NCBI RefSeq assembly: GCF_964213995.1
Contig: NC_135808.1
Span: 24,552,001-24,616,000 of the forward strand
Length of the DNA: 64,000 nucleotides
Source: Mustelus asterias
Lineage: Eukaryota
Direction: 5' to 3'
Shown piece after piece: positions 62,201-64,000 of the stretch; positions within the stretch are counted from its first letter, which is position 1, and the number at the start of each line of letters is the position of its first letter. A model generated the notes under the pieces. The model saw only the letters and a list, made by a program, of their open reading frames with translations, was not told the origin of the DNA and searched no databases. Made by a program: the position numbers and the translations under genes.

Positions 62201-63862
62201 TTCCTTCTATTGGAGACAATTCATGAAAATCTAGAATCAAATACTATAACAATGAATATTCAGCATGGATTTTGAAATGGAAAATCTTGTTTTACTCCAA
62301 TTAGTGGATTTTTTGAGGATGTAACAAAGGGAATAGACAATGGTAATGTAATAGATATAATATCATATAATTTTTTTAATGTAATAGAAAAGGGGGTTCG
62401 TGATGGACTGATTGACAAGGTGAAAGCATGTGGAGTTAGGGGATGAGTGACAGAATGGATCACTCACTGACTTTGGGACAGAAAGCAGAGAGTGTGAGTA
62501 AAGGGTGTTTCAGAGTTACAGAAAGTGTTCCACAAGGATCAGTGCTGGGATCACCGCTGTTCACAAGTTACACTCCATAACTTGGATATTGGAATCAAAA
62601 ATACCATTTCTTAATTTGCAGATAACATCAAATTGGGAGAATTATTTGATTTTGAGGAGAACTGGAATAAATTAATAGGACATGAATAAACTTGAACAAA
62701 TAGTTGGTAAATAAAGTTCAGCACAGTTAAACGTGAGGTATTTTTCAGTTAACGATGAATAGGGAGGGTTGAGGAACAAAGGGATCTTGATGTACAAATA
62801 CACCAATCAGTAAACATAGAGTTACAGGTTAGACAATAAACAAAATACAATCGAAAACCAGGTTTGATTTCTCGAGGAATAGAATTGTAAAGTAGTGATT
62901 TTATTGCTAAACCTGTATCAAACCTTGGTTAGACCACATTTAAAGACCGTGTGCAGTTCCGGTCACCATTTCATAAAAAGGATATAGAGTCAGGGGAGAG
63001 AGTGTAGAGAAGATTTACAGAGATGATTCCAGAAATGAGTGGGTGGACATCTCAGGAAAGGATTGACCGGCTGGGTCTCTGCTCTCGGGAAAACAGAAGG
63101 CTGAGGGTTGACCGAATCGAGGATTTAAAATTAGGAAAGTTTTTTTTATAGGCCAGACACATCGAGAGTGTTCCTCTTGTGGGAAGAGCATATCCAGTGG
63201 CCATCAATACAAGAAACCCAATGGGGAATTCATGAGAAACCTCTTCACCCAAAGAGTGATGAGAATGTGGAGCTCGCTGCCACAGGGAGTGGCTGAACTG
63301 AACAGTATAGTTTAAGGGGAGGATAGACAAGCAAATGAGGGAAAGGGGAATAGAGTTAAAATGGTTGAATTAGATGAGGAATGATGGGAGAAGGCTCAAG
63401 TGGAACATAAATACCAGTATCAACTAGATGGGCCGGAAGGCCATTTTCTATGTTGTATATCCTGTGTTTCCTGATTCACTTTCACTCTGATTCTCTCTCA
63501 CATTTCTCTTTCTTTCACTCTGATTCACTCTTTCATTCTGTCTCTCTGATCTTTCTCTGTCTCTCATTCTCTCTCTTCCTCACTCTTAGTTGCTCATCCT
63601 CTCTCTCATTCTCTCCCACTCGCTCACATTCTATTTCTCTCTGAGTCTCACTGTTCCCTCTCCCTGATTCACTCAGTCTCTCACATTCTGTCTCTCTGAT
63701 TCTCACTTTTTTCTCTCCCTGACTCACTCAGTCTCTCTGATTCTCTCTCTCTAACAGAACCAAAGTCTCGCTCCCAGGTTGCTGTTACTGTCGGGATTGT
63801 GGTCGGGGTCCTCGTGCTCATCGCTCTCATCATTGTGGCTGTCGTCATCTACAACAAGAAAG
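58829..63862 (+). CDS. MHC class I heavy chain (copy D), 3'-partial; join(58829-58892,59314-59574,59899-60171,61291-61554,63758-63862); cytoplasmic exons beyond the window
   Basis: Five exons of 64/261/273/264/105 nt, GT-AG, with an open frame through the TM exon. Confidence 0.9.
58893..59184 (+). repeat. 63-bp tandem repeat at the start of intron 1 (also 10812-11113, 36345-36456 and 39887-40183)
   Basis: Unit gtgagtgatggggtgtgagaggggcaatgccaggctgggtactggggcattaaccctgggtca. Confidence 0.95.
59314..59574 (+). CDS. Copy D exon 2 (alpha1)
   Basis: GSHSLRYFFTGMTPIPGFPEF...TRTNQTG. Confidence 0.92.
59899..60171 (+). CDS. Copy D exon 3 (alpha2)
   Basis: IHVYQLMTGCDLRDDG...ECIEWLRKYLEYGQKELRV. 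Confidence 0.92.
60163..61230 (+). repeat. About 25-bp G-rich minisatellite filling intron 3 of D (also 32870-33257 in B and 8030-8150 in A)
   Basis: Unit gagagtcggtgagtgaggggggagt. Confidence 0.95.
61291..61554 (+). CDS. Copy D exon 4 (alpha3, Ig C1)
   Basis: LSCAVTGFYPQAIEVNVWRNG...YSCRVEHSG. Confidence 0.92.
63758..63862 (+). CDS. Copy D exon 5 (TM)
   Basis: EPKSRSQVAVTVGIVVGVLVLIALIIVAVVIYNKK. Confidence 0.88.
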
Positions 63863-64000
63863 GTAGGAATTGGAGGGAAAAGAGCGGTGGGTGAACTGTA
63901 GTGGATCCAGGCAGTCCGGGAGGCTGGAATTGATTCGTGCCATGACTAGCTTTTCGAATCATTTCATAACGATGGATGTCAGAGCCACCGGATGACAGCT

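Overview
Vertebrate, intron-rich and repeat-rich DNA. The V-SINE/HE1-type SINEs, CR1 LINEs, Penelope elements and class I sequence style point to a cartilaginous fish (shark). The window holds four paralogous MHC class I heavy-chain genes, labelled A-D here, arranged as a large inverted duplication. A (minus strand, 8142-11177) is a multi-hit pseudogene. B (minus, 27152-36520) and C (plus, 39823-48202) are apparently intact, each with 7 coding exons and 348 aa. D (plus, 58829 to beyond the window end) is intact through its TM exon. All four have lost Y59 and part of the T143/K146/W147 anchor set, so they look nonclassical. A fifth, decayed leader exon lies at about 16.3 kb. Main signals: (1) an X1-X2-Y promoter module with class II-like sequence and 20-bp spacing, kept in A and B but lost in C and D; (2) tandem arrays in introns 1 and 3 whose units are copies of the genes' own splice donors; (3) intronic Penelope elements carrying minimal hammerhead ribozyme motifs inside inverted repeats; (4) a CR1 inserted exactly into a splice donor; (5) a mosaic pattern of similarity among paralogs. 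All alignments were done by eye and no database search was run.
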